From Lepidodermella squamata (taxonomy: Eukaryota; Animalia; Gastrotricha): DNA of 64,000 nucleotides. The position numbers and the translations under genes were made by a program. This document shows, one piece after another, positions 49,294 through 61,127 of this stretch; position 1 is the first letter of the stretch, and each line of letters opens with the position of its first letter. Under the pieces are notes generated by a model. That model was not told the origin of the DNA, did not search any database, and worked only from the letters and a program-made list of their open reading frames with translations. The DNA lies in contig JBLDXI010000031.1 of assembly GCA_047495785.1 (NCBI GenBank), forward strand, positions 620,001 to 684,000, read 5' to 3'.

Positions 49294-50409
49294 ATGTTAA
49301 CAGTCACGCTTCTATTTCTTGGCGCAAGTTTTGCCTCCGGGCAAGATCCTGTTGGTCGGTTGGTTGTCCAGCAGCAGAAAATTGGCGGTGTGGGGCTACT
49401 ACAATCATTCGACCTGCAAGCTTACTCAGGCACATGGTTTCAAATCGCCCGATCTGATAACATGCCCTTCGAGCCATCTGGCGCGACTGATATTACTGCA
49501 ACATACACAGTGAACAACAACGGAACTATCACAATAATTAACAGGGAATGGTTGCCTAATCTTAGCAGGTGGGAGGTTAACAGTGGAAACGCCACCCTCA
49601 TGAGCAATGCCCGGTTTTCAGTCCGATTCGACGCAATAAGCCCGCCTGAAGAATACCAAGTCCTGTACACTGACTACCGAATAATTGCCTTGGTCTATAG
49701 TGAGGTTTCCTACTACGGCTATTCGGCTAAATTTGGCTGGGTGTTGGGCCGAACGATTCAAATGCCCGCTGCGGTTATGGAAGACGCTTTTCGTCGTTTC
49801 GAGCAGAAAGGCCTAAGCCGGACGGTTTTCATTAGCACGCAACATGGTGTTGCTCCTTCCACCCCGGCTATGCAAACTTTCAGTCGGGATCATTATTGTG
49901 AGTTTTCAACAACACCTTTGATATCAAGCCCAAAAATTAGGGTCCAATTTATTTCCCCGAATTAGTGTGTCTTTCCGGGGTAGCGTACCTAAATCCATGC
50001 CTTTTCCCCAATGAGTTAATAAATTTTTTAAAATTAAACCTTCTGACTTCTGACACCTTAGTTTACCATGAATCATAGGAAAGCGTTAAGAGCTTATCGA
50101 GAAAAGCAGATGCATCAATGCTTTTCATTTCTCCAAAATTGTCTCCATTTTAATCAGAACTCATTTCCGATTTTCTTCCCAGATAAATGCTCTGTCGTTG
50201 TTCCGGAATATGACCGGCTGTGTCCCAATAATCTTGGCGAGCTCATTCTTTACGACTCAAAGACGCGAAGCTGCGGCACGCTACGGCAATCGTGCGCATT
50301 CGAAACGCTAGCCTACTACGCGTTTGTGACGCGCGAAGAGTGCGCAAATACGTGCATCAATAGACTTGGCAACAACATCGCGGGATCGCCGCTACCTATC
50401 ATCGGTTGA
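49294..50409 (+). CDS. Lipocalin plus Kunitz-like domain (2 exons)
   Basis: Exons 49294-49897 and 50183-50409. Confidence 0.88.
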
Positions 50410-50880
50410 AAAAACCACTTCTGTCATCGTTTTTATATACATCAGGCATAGTCAACTGGCCATTTTAGCCATGTTAGCCAAATTTTTGAAATGACACTGT
50501 GCAAATCAATAAAATTACATGCTGCTTGGGGGAATCATGTGGCATCGAATTTACATTGGTTTCGTGACCGAGCAGCAAAAGCAAAAACAGGATGGCGCTT
50601 GTCGCCTTGGTAGTAAACTTGACCGCGTTTACTTCGCCCGAATTACATCCCGGTCATTTGCTCAACACTCAACCCTCAGCATACCTAACTAAGACGATCA
50701 CGAAAACATACGAAAAACAATTTGAGCAAGTCGTTATTATGCCAGTAATAACAAAATAACAGCGGAAAGTACCATCATACAATTATTCATTTTAACCAAA
50801 GAAAACAGACTTTGCAAAATGCGTTGTAAAATGAGATTCACTATCGCTAAAACGGGCGGACTCGAAGTTATAAACAACCA

Positions 50881-51734
50881 ATGGATTTTTTCGGATATCT
50901 TTTTTCTCTGTTGACAGTGAGCAACAGTGTACCAAATCAACCTGCCGCTACAATCCGATTTCCAGTTACCACCACAAGTTCACCACCGCTGACCTTACGA
51001 CAGCTTTTATTCACAGCCCCGCCTCAGACGACTATTGGCTATTTCGAGCAATTGCAGGCGCAAAAAGCGGCCATCGATAGGAATGTGCAGCTGCAACGGC
51101 CGCACTTCGAGGCGTTGAACCCACGTTGCCTAACATCGGCCGTCTCGGATCGGGCTACGATATCGTCTTCGCGAATCCCCGCCCCACCTCAGCATCCATG
51201 GACCCGGGCTTCCTCATGAAGCTGCCTGTGTTTGACTTGAATCGCTACTGCGGCGATTTGACAGAGGACGAGCGGTATCAAAACGCCTGAATAATTCAAC
51301 TCGGCGATGCCGTCAGCATTCAAACTAATGTTGAAATCGTGTCAACCGCTAAAGAATACGTCGAATCCCTGAGAAGTAAATACATCCACGGTAGCGGCCA
51401 CTTGTCGAATGGTGACACGAATAGCGAGAGCCACACCTTAGCATTCGTCGGCAGCAGTGATTATAACCGGGTTAGGGAAGTAACGAATTTAGAGCACCAT
51501 CAAATTAGCGAAACTGTCAGCTCCATCACGGTTTACACGGCTCGGCTCGGCTTCAACGATGCAGAGCTAACGCCAGGTTTCTGCAGGGCGGTGTCGCGGC
51601 TACCGATCAATTCGATCTACGGAAATGACCTGGTTCATGGAATCACCTCCCTAAATCATCGACCGCGTTTCACTGGACAAGCGTTCACTTTAACCAGACA
51701 CTTCAAGCACAAGGCATTGTTCGCTGTCCTCTAA
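50881..51734 (+). pseudogene. MACPF (perforin/apextrin-like) pseudogene fragment
   Basis: Signal-like start, then a hidden frame LPNIGRLGSGYDIVFANPRPTSASMDPGFLMKLPVFDL...TEDERYQ, then AFVGSSDY...VYTARL...LTPGFCRAVSRLP. It has a frameshift and a stop, and ends before the (Y/F)GTH signature. Confidence 0.7.
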
Positions 51735-51844
51735 AACCAGGCTTTTCATGAATTTTTTCATGGCACTAATTCTCAAGACAGCTTTCGCGTGCTATAAAAG
51801 CTGCCACGTTCTGAGTTTCCAATTCAACACATGAAACCGGTAAC

Positions 51845-52798
51845 ATGTCTTTCGGAAAACGTTTGATTCTGCTTGCTCTGATCAACCTAGCGAGTTGCCA
51901 GGAAATTCCCGATTTTGTAAAGCAACTCTTGGCTCAACGTGGTGGATCGGCAAATGGAGGAAGCTCCGCTATGGTTGCGAGCGCATATTCCACCCCTGAC
52001 AACAGTCTCCAGCCAAATTTCGACAAAACAAAATATGCTGGAACCTGGTATCAAATCGGTCGAACCAACAACATGCCGTTCCAAGCGAAAGGCTCAACGG
52101 ATACTACAGCAACTTACACCCTGAACGAGAATGGAACTGTAACAGTTTTCAATAGAGAATGGCTACCGGATACAGGTAGATGGTTGGAGGTGCTGGGCAT
52201 CGCTGTTCCTAGGGGCAACGCAAGATTCATTGTCACTTTCGGACCATACAGCCCACCTGGAGATTACAGAGTTATCTACACCGATTATAACTCGATTTCG
52301 CTGGTGTACAGTGACGTGAATTACATGGGCTTCCAGGCGAAATACGGCTGGATTTTAGCCAGATCGCCTCAGATTTCTAATGACTTGATCCAAGATGCTT
52401 TCCGGCGATTTGAACAGCGAGGTTTGAGCCGTAACCTTTTCGTAAAAACCCGGCAAGGCGTCGCTGGCACTGCATCTAATACTCAAAATCTCAACCGCGA
52501 TCAATCTTGTATGTTATTTTTTACTTTATCTTAAAAAACATTGACCCTTGGTTCATTTGCAGATAAATGCCGGTTCCAAGTGCCGAAAAATTCCGACCCG
52601 CGTTGTACGGACTTTGTTGGCAATTTTGTGTTGTATGATCCGGAAACTCGGCAATGTGGCATTCTGCGCCGGGCTTGCGAGATTGACACAATTGTTAATT
52701 ATGCCTTTTCCACACTTCAGGAATGCGAGAGCATTTGTATCCTGAGGCGAGGTTCCAGTTCAAATAACAGTTTCGGCAATCTGTTCGTCGCAGGATGA
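51845..52798 (+). CDS. Lipocalin plus Kunitz-like domain (2 exons)
   Basis: Exons 51845-52508 and 52563-52798; TATAAAA near 51794. Confidence 0.88.
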
Positions 52799-53498
52799 GA
52801 ATCATGATTTGCATATTGTGACGGAAAATACTAAAATGAATAAATAAAGGGTGAAAACGAAAACGAACGAAAACGAAATAAACCGCATTCAGACTACCTT
52901 TTGTATAGGCCAATAGGTATGCTTTATGCTTTAACGAGGAATGCTACTGTATTTGCCAAGAAGAAATCAGTGGCGGAAATTTGTGGGTCCCTCACTGCGG
53001 ATTTTCGTTGAGGTATGGCACCTGGCATGGAACTGTACTTCTTACAGAAAGATGTTACGCCTGCTCACAGAAGTATATCCAAGCCGTGATGCTTCCCTTC
53101 ACAGACTTCTCTGTTTAAAAGAGTCAAAAGAGCCTGGTCACCGCTTTGAGGTTAGAAAGTTGTTTTGATTGCGCAAGCGTTCTATTTCGTGAGCAGTTTA
53201 TTTGAAACTTGCGTCATAATTTCAAGTCTTTTTTGTTATAAACTCATAACTGCTACTGTTGAATGTGCTGGTAGTTTTTTGCATATTCGTGATATTTCCA
53301 GATCTGCTTTTATTATTCTGTTTAATAGCCTTTATTGTTTCACTATTATTCATGCTTCTGTTTATGCCAGTTATCAACAAATCCAAAAGGGATGTACTAA
53401 GATGATGGAAAGATCTCGATGGTTGGGGCGTCAAACGGTGATGCTATTTAAGGTGAAATAACTCAAGATTAGATGAACTTTCTGATTGCTAACTCAAA

Positions 53499-54462
53499 AT
53501 GCTGACTGTTATTCTTCTCTTTCTTACGCCAAGTCTCGTGCATGGGCAAGATCCTTTGGGTCGGTTGATTGCCCAACAGCCGAAAATTGGCGGCGTCTGG
53601 CTTCAATTATCTTTCGACCTCCAAGCCTATTCAGGCACATGGTTTCGAATCGCCCGATCTGATAACATGCCCTTTGAAGCAGCTGGTGCTACCGATATCA
53701 CTGCCACTTACACTTTGAACAGCAATGGCACTGTCGCCATAACAAACCGAGAATGGTTGCCTAATCTCAACAGATGAGAGGTCAACAGTGGTAGCGCGGC
53801 CTTCTTGGGCGATGCCCAGTTTTTAGTCCGATTCGACGCAACAAGCCCGCCTGAAGAGTACCAAATTCTACACTGACTACAAAACAATATCCTTAGTCGA
53901 TAATGAGGTTTTCTACTACGGCTTTTCAGCAAAATTCAGCTGGATCTTGGGCCGATCGATTCAGGTTCCCGCTGCGATGATGGAAGACGCTTTCAGGCGG
54001 ATCGAAAAGAGAGGCCCCAGCCCGTCTACTTTCGTAAACACTAGACATGGCGTTGCTCCCCCGGTTCCACTAACGCAAACCTTCAATCGTGATCATTATT
54101 GTGAGTCCTTTGAATCAAAGTAGCTTTGACGAAGTGGGCCTCAATGAGAGCTTGCCCTCTTTCACATAAATTGAGTGGAAGCATCAAACGTAAAATTTGT
54201 AATCATCCTTTGGTAATTTTCAATCTATTTTACAGATAAATGCTCTGTCGTAGTTCCGGAATACGACCGGCTGTGTCCTAATAATCTAGGCGAGCTCATT
54301 CTTTACGACTCAAAGACGCGAAGCTGCGGCACGCTACGGCAATCGTGCTCATTCGAAACGCTAGCCTACTACGCGTTCGCAACACGCGAAGAGTGCGCTA
54401 ATACGTGCATCTTTAGACTTGGCAACAACATCGCGGGATCGCCGCTACCCATCACCGGTTGA
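53499..54462 (+). pseudogene. Pseudogenised duplicate of the 49294 lipocalin-Kunitz gene
   Basis: TGG>TGA at 53775 and a 2-bp deletion near 53868. The Kunitz-like exon 54236-54462 is intact. Confidence 0.85.
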
Positions 54463-55073
54463 AAAACATTACGACTTTTGTTATTATCATTACCATTATT
54501 TACATCCCGATGTTTTGCTCAACCGTTGAGAGAGCTATGCGGGATTTTTGTTTTTAACAAATTATTTACCACGCGAAAATTGAAGAAAAATAAAGTGACA
54601 CCAGGTGGCAGAAAAGCAGGTTTTGTTGATTTTGAGCGGTTGTTGTAGTGGCAGCAAAAGTTAAGGCAGCAAAAAAACGAGCGCTGGTCAACTAACGTGA
54701 GCGCGCGCGCGCATGCGGGTCTAATGAGCGGCGCCGGTGTTATAACACAGCCGCGCGACTTAACCACCGGCCACTTACTACCTGTTGATGAGCATGCGTG
54801 TGTATGTGAGTGTGCGAGCCGGCGCAAGGCCCCACATGCACATGCACACACGCTATGACTATCAATTGATATTAATTTGACCGGCGTTAATTTGATGACA
54901 ACGACCCGGCTCAGTTAGCTGCGATGGCCAGCCTCGTCACCCACATCTCACCGGCGTCCAGTTAGTAACACTGCAACTAGCAGACCAACTTCGTTGTGAA
55001 ATTCTTTCCTTTTCCTCACGACATTGCGATTTTTTTGCTAATTTTAGGGGCATTAAAGATCAAATTTGATTCA

Positions 55074-56332
55074 ATGGCTTCAATCAGCCTGATTTCCGCC
55101 GTCTTGGCGCTCGTTGCCTCGACTCAGGCGCAATGGAACTTCCCTCGTGTAAGTATTGATTTTTTGAAAGAGAACTTCATTTCCTATTCAAATTAATTCA
55201 TCAGACACCCGGCAGCCCGATCCCAACTCAGCCAAATTTTGACATTACAAGCTTCTTGGGACAGTGGTACGAGATCTACCGAACCAAGGCGATACCCTTC
55301 CAGTCCGACTTCGTCTCTGATGTCACCTACACATTCAGTGCCAACCCGAACGGAACTGTTACCGATAAGCTTAAGGAGTGGAGGACAAACGAGAACCGTT
55401 GGAATGAAGTTAACATGCTCGCCGCACCTACTAACGCCGATGCCCCAGCCATCTGGACTGTTATGATCCCCAACTACGGCTCAACCATCAGCCTCTACGT
55501 TCTTGCCACAGATTACACCAACATCGCGATCCTTTACTCTGAGCAGACTGTTAACGGTGCCCTGACCAAGTACGCCTGGATTCTCGGACGTAACAACACT
55601 CTTGCTGATGCTGTTGCTGCTGGCGCTTTCGCCCTCGTCCGCCAAGTCGGTGACCTCTCGCCAACCAACTTCCAGCGCACTCTCTTCGGTGTTGCCCCTC
55701 TTCCGCGTAAGTCTTCAATAAAATTATAAAATTGATCCAAGTTTGATCCATCCTCTCGATCTCGAATTGATCTTGGCCTTTGATTCTTCTTCATAAATTT
55801 CAGATCCAAATTTGATCTAAATGTTTATCCAAATTTGATCCGAATTTTGAACCAAATTTGATCCACCTAAACAAGTTAATCCGAAAGTGATCGTTGTATC
55901 TAATTTCTTAAATAATAATTTTTCTGTACGTTCTTAGCAATTCCTGCCCCCGCGCCTGCTGGTTTCGTCCCTACCTGGAACAATCCTCAGCCTCAGCTCG
56001 CTCCTCTCCAGCAACAGGCCCCAGCTGCCCCAGCGCCAGTGCCGGCTCCAGCTCCAGTCGTTGCTCAGCCCCAGCAGCAGCCGCAACAGCAACAGCAGGG
56101 CCCCTTCAACTTCTTGAGCGGCTTCCCCAACTTCCTCCAACAAGGTGCTCAACCTCAGCAACCACAGATGATGCAGCAGCCCCAGCAACAAACACAACAA
56201 CAGCAACAGCCAAACCAGGCCGATTGGTTCAACCCCTTCAACCAGCTGCCCCAGGCGACGCAGAACGCGAATCCTGGCCAAAACGGCTTCCTGCCCGCCG
56301 ATTTCTTCAACACCCTATTCCCGGCCAATTAA
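55074..56332 (+). CDS. Lipocalin with a Gln/Pro-rich low-complexity tail (3 exons)
   Basis: Exons 55074-55148, 55205-55706 and 55938-56332. Confidence 0.85.
55728..55866. repeat. Degenerate AAATTTGATCC tandem repeats in an intron
   Basis: About 7 imperfect 11-bp units. Confidence 0.6.
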
Positions 56333-56604
56333 AATTGGCGAACGAGAAAATCAAACACTACGCACTCTCAGCCTTATATCATTATCTCTCTATTAGATTC
56401 GCTGATATTGCCCTATCTTAGCCCTTAGTAAGAAATTGCATGTATATTTTTTGTAATTAAAATTACCACTTTCAACCCCGTTGCGCTGCACGGTGAAGAA
56501 CCGCCTCAAAAATGTATTTTTCTCCTGAGCGATGTGCCGAAGTAAATGAGCTATAGGCGACTAAATGACTACTTCTCCAATTTTTAGGCCTTTTATTTAC
56601 AAAA

Positions 56605-58166
56605 ATGGCTTGGTCCAGTTTCGTCGTTTCGCTGGTAATGCCCCTGTTGACAGCCGCTCAGCCACAATGGACGAATATTATGCAACAAAACCAACCGCAA
56701 ATGACCCAGCAACAGCCTCAAATGCCACCACCGTCTTCCATCCCGCTTCAGCCTGATTTCAATTTACAAGCGTTTAGCGGGAGATGGTTTGAGCTATACA
56801 GGACGAAAAATGTTCCAACAATGCTGCAAAACCCTTCAGATATAAATATCATTATTACCCCGTTCCCCAACGGCACAATTGGCTTCAACAGCCGAGAATG
56901 GTCGGCAACTGACAATCGATGGGCTGAACGGCCTGCAATGGGCTGGATTTTGAACATGGCCGAGCCAGCTCGATGGGCTGTTCAGTTTTTGGACTCGATG
57001 TACCCAGTTGATTGGCGCATTGTCTCGACCGACTACGCTAATGTTGCGGTGGTCTACAGCGAATTCACGGCTAACGGCGTGACGACGAAACTTGTGTGGA
57101 TCTACGGCAGGAAGACCTCAATTACCGATGACATTGCAGCGGCGGCCTTCGCCATGATCCGGCAACTGATTGACCTCTCACCAACGTCTTTTCAACGGAC
57201 GACCCATGGCCTCTCGACCGCAGCAGCAGGTTAGCTATGGAATATCAGATTTCCTTTCCTTTCCTTTCCTATCCTTTCCTTTTAGCATTTCCATATTTCA
57301 TATGAATTGTTCCATAATTTCCATTTCAATCCTTTCCTAGCACATGTATTTTTCCTATTCGATACTTTCCTATATTTTTCTTCTACTATCTAACTGGAAA
57401 TTCAAATTGAGTTGCTAAGTTCTGGTGTATGTTTTCAGCCCCAGCTGCACAGCCTGCTCAACAGCCTGTACAACAAGCTCCCCAGCAGCAAATGCGGCCC
57501 CAACAGCAACCAGTCATGCAACAACAGCCTGTGCAACAGCCGCAACCAAGCTGGTTCAATCAGCAACAACCAGACCAGTGGCAACAACAGCAGCCTGTCG
57601 CCCCGCAACAACAACAACAACAACAGCCGGCAACATTTCAGCAATTCCCAGCTCAACAGCAGCCCGCTTTCCCATCCCAGCAGCAACAGCAGGGTTTCCC
57701 TAACCAGCAACAAGGCTTCCCAGCTCAGCCGCAGCAACAGGGATTCCCTAACCAGCAGTACAATCCTTATGCTAACTACAACCAAGACCCGATGATGCAG
57801 CAGCAGCAACAGTTCCCTCAACAGCCTGTTCAGCAACAACAGCCACAAGCAGCACAGCAGCCGGCACAGCAACAGCAACAGCAACAGCCTGTTCAATCGC
57901 AGGCCCAACCAGCGCAGCAGCAGCCTGTTCAACCGACAATCGGTGGCCTCAACGCTCCGTTCGGAAATTTGCTGCCTAAGACGAACGCTTTCCCAACTCA
58001 GAACATGATGCCGCAGAGCGGCTGGCTTCCGTTCAATAACCAAGGCAGTGGACCGTTTGCTGCTCAGCAGAATGCGCCGACACAATCAGGATCACTTGCT
58101 CAGGGACAACAACCCTCCGGCCTGTTCCCCGACATCTTCGGCTCGCTTTTCGGAGGCCGCAGTTGA
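56605..58166 (+). CDS. Lipocalin with a long Gln/Pro/aromatic low-complexity tail (2 exons)
   Basis: Exons 56605-57229 and 57439-58166; QQQGFP and QQPVQ repeats. Confidence 0.85.
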
Positions 58167-58373
58167 GATGACGCGGGGGCCGAGCTTTTTTCATTCAATC
58201 AACAACATATCTATGATCATAACTTATACTACACTTTTACCTGGGCGGGAACAAGCTCTCTTTGCAAACATTTTGAGTTTGCTTTGGTGAAAAAAGATGA
58301 GAAGATGAAGGTAAATAAAACATGGTTCAATGTCACCGCGACTCGTTTCTTATCACATTCCGCTTTTTCGAAG

Positions 58374-59775
58374 ATGAAGAGCCTGATTTTGCAGCTGTGC
58401 CTTTTCGGCGTGTCGCAGGTGTTCGGCCATTATGACAGCCACAGCCATGAGTACTTCTATTACCCGTATCCAAGGCTCAGATGGGTTAATGAACAGCCTT
58501 GGAGACTCGATAACACCAACGGAAGTTCCTCAACAGGTACGAACAATCCAGGCTCTGGATCTAACTGGCCTTCTGGCAGCAACTTGCCAGGCCAAAATAG
58601 ACCAGGTTCGAATGTTCCGGGCAGCTCCGGGCAGAATCCAGGGCCTTCCGGCCCAGGGTCAAACTGGCCTGGAACTTCAGGGCAAAATCCAGGTCAATCA
58701 TGGCCAGGCGGTAATCAGGCTCCAAGTCAGAATTGGCCATCGGGGCCCGGCAACGCTGGGCAAAATCCCGGTCAGAACTGGCCATCGGGGCCTGGATCGG
58801 CACCTGGCTCAAATTTCCCTGGGCCTAACCAGCCATCTGGACCCGGGGGTTCTAATTGGCAGGGTGGGAATCAGGCTCCAGGCGGTGCTGTTCCAGGAGG
58901 ACAGTGGCCATCTGGCCCTGGTTCTGCGGGAAATAATTGGCCAGGTGGTAATCAGAACCCCGGAGGTAATTGGCCAGCAAACCCGGGCCAACAATTTCCC
59001 CCAGCAGGTGGTAACCAAGCGCCAGGATCTAACTTCCCGGGTGGGAACCAAGCCCCAGGTCAAAACTGGCCATCAGGCCCAGGAGGAAACCAAGTACCTG
59101 GTTCAGGCTGGCCAGGATCGAATCCTGGGCAAAACTGGCCCTCGGGTCCTGGCGGTTCAAACCAAAACCCTAGTGGTCCTGGAGGTTCTTGGGGCTCTGG
59201 ATCTGGATCTGGCTCGGCTTGGCCTTCAGGTCCTGGCGGTTCAAACCCTAGTGGTTCGGGAAGTTCTTGGAACTCCGGCTCATCTTGGCCGGGTTCATCG
59301 TGGCCAGGTTCGGCATCAGGTTCTCGTGGTAGGAATTCAACCAACTCAACATGCAACTGGCCGTGGTTTCACCATCATCACGATGATTCAGACTCAAGCT
59401 GGGACGACTCTGACGGTTGGCCCGCTCGCCGTACCGCTACTTACAGGAGCAACAACGGCAACAATGGCGCCCCGATCACAACCCCGACTACAACGAGAGG
59501 TTTTCCACTTACAAATTGTACTAACAAAGGTTTGTTTATGACTTTATAGCCGGGTATCGCATTCGTCGCCATGCCTATTACCAGTGGCCGGTTTACCGAA
59601 TGAACACCTACCGGAGCAACAATGGCAACAACGGGGCCCCGTATACAACTCCAACAACAACTCGAGGTCTGTTTTTTACCTGATCTCTCAAGCTTAAGTC
59701 TTTTCGATAATAGCCGGCTATCGAATCAAACGACGAGCCAACCGGCCAGTCCAGATGAAGCAAAGCAACGAATGA
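58374..59775 (+). CDS. Secreted Gly/Pro/Ser/Asn/Trp repeat protein with duplicated furin-flanked C-terminal modules (3' end uncertain, possibly 59867)
   Basis: Signal peptide MKSLILQLCLFGVSQVFG and GQNWPSGPG-type repeats. Predicted exons 58374-59499, 59550-59666 and 59714-59775. Confidence 0.7.
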
Positions 59776-60092
59776 ACAAGATGATCGATGCCATACTGAA
59801 CAAGGCCAACTCAAAGCTGTCGAGTTTTTCTCGTGACAGCAAAAGAAACACTTTTTACCAAGAATAATCATAATACTGACTTGTTATTTACGTTTCAACA
59901 CACATGATCAAAAACTGCCTTTAATTCCCAGAATCGTAGCCACGTTACTACAACACCATGAATTAGCGTAGATCTCAAACGTAGCTTCATATGTTATTTT
60001 GACAATCAAATTTAGACGAGAGCGACCCGCTAATAGCACAATATGATGGTTTATTTTCGAAAACAACTTAGTAAACAAGTAAACAAGTTACC

Positions 60093-61127
60093 ATGAGATT
60101 TTGCCCGGTGCGATGCTGCTTGATTTACGTGTTCCTCGCAGCGGTTGTAGAATCGACAATTTTTGGTAAGCACCTCAAACAGTCTCATGGGTCGCATGTA
60201 TCCTAAAATAAATATGAAAATTGCCCACATTCCAAAGATACCCAATATAGGTCTCTCTCGATTCGGAATTTAGTGAAGCGCCAAGCGTCGGATATTCGGG
60301 TCCAGCCGAACTTTGATTTGCGAGCTTTTACCGGCCTTTGGTTCGACATCTACAGAACGAATACTAGGTCACTGTTCAGCCAAGCTGTTAGCGATATTAC
60401 GTCAACGTATACTGTGAATGTGGATGGAACAGTGAATGTCGTCGATCGGGAATGGTTGATGAATGACAACAATTGGCTCATTGCCAATGGTTTTGCTAAA
60501 TCTGTATCCAACGCAAGGCTTCTGGTCTACTACGATAAGGTTTATGCTCCGTTGGACTTCAGGGTTTTATACGTCGAGTACAACAACCTAGCTGTGATTT
60601 ATGGCGAGGAGACGTTGAATGGGAATACAGTGATGAAGTACGCAAGGATTCTCGCGAGATATCCGGATCTTGAGGATCTTGAGTTGGATAGGGCGTTCAA
60701 CGTCATCCTGAATAGGACGACTTTGAAGAACAACAATTTCGTGAAAATCAGGCATGGTGTTCGAGGCTATCACATACCCACTACGAAAATTCTTGATTTC
60801 CCTTTCATTCCCTACACGAGGAGGAGTGTAACACCTGGTGCAACAACAAGCAAAATCATAACAGTGCCGCGTAAGTTTCTTAATTGTGACATTAAAACGA
60901 TGCTTTAATGCTGCATTTTAGCGACCAATGTGAATGATCGGTCGTTCAAATGCGAGTACCGACCTGAGTCGATGGTTTGCAGGACGCTGGATCGGTTCAT
61001 TGTTTTCAACAGCACCCAACAGGAATGTGTCATTCGAACTTCTGGGTGTTCTCTGTTGAATGACGTGCAGCGATTTGCGTTTACAACCTGGGAAGAATGT
61101 TTGCAGACGTGCGCTGCTGGAGCTTGA
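60093..61127 (+). CDS. Lipocalin plus Thr-rich linker plus Kunitz-like domain (3 exons)
   Basis: Exons 60093-60165, about 60238-60870, and 60922-61127. A VKR pro-site precedes the lipocalin domain. Confidence 0.8.

Noticed and set aside
52930-53110. YCIC...H...CxxC PHD-finger-like remnant
   Set aside because: Too degenerate to support without a search.
57412-59541. Long alternative-frame and antisense ORFs (poly-Leu 216 aa, 369 aa and others)
   Set aside because: Shadows of stop-poor Q/P and G/P repeats.
61010-61050. CVIRTSGC in the Kunitz-like module matching CIVRTSGC in the PAN repeats
   Set aside because: Overall Cys spacing differs; a short match is probably coincidence.
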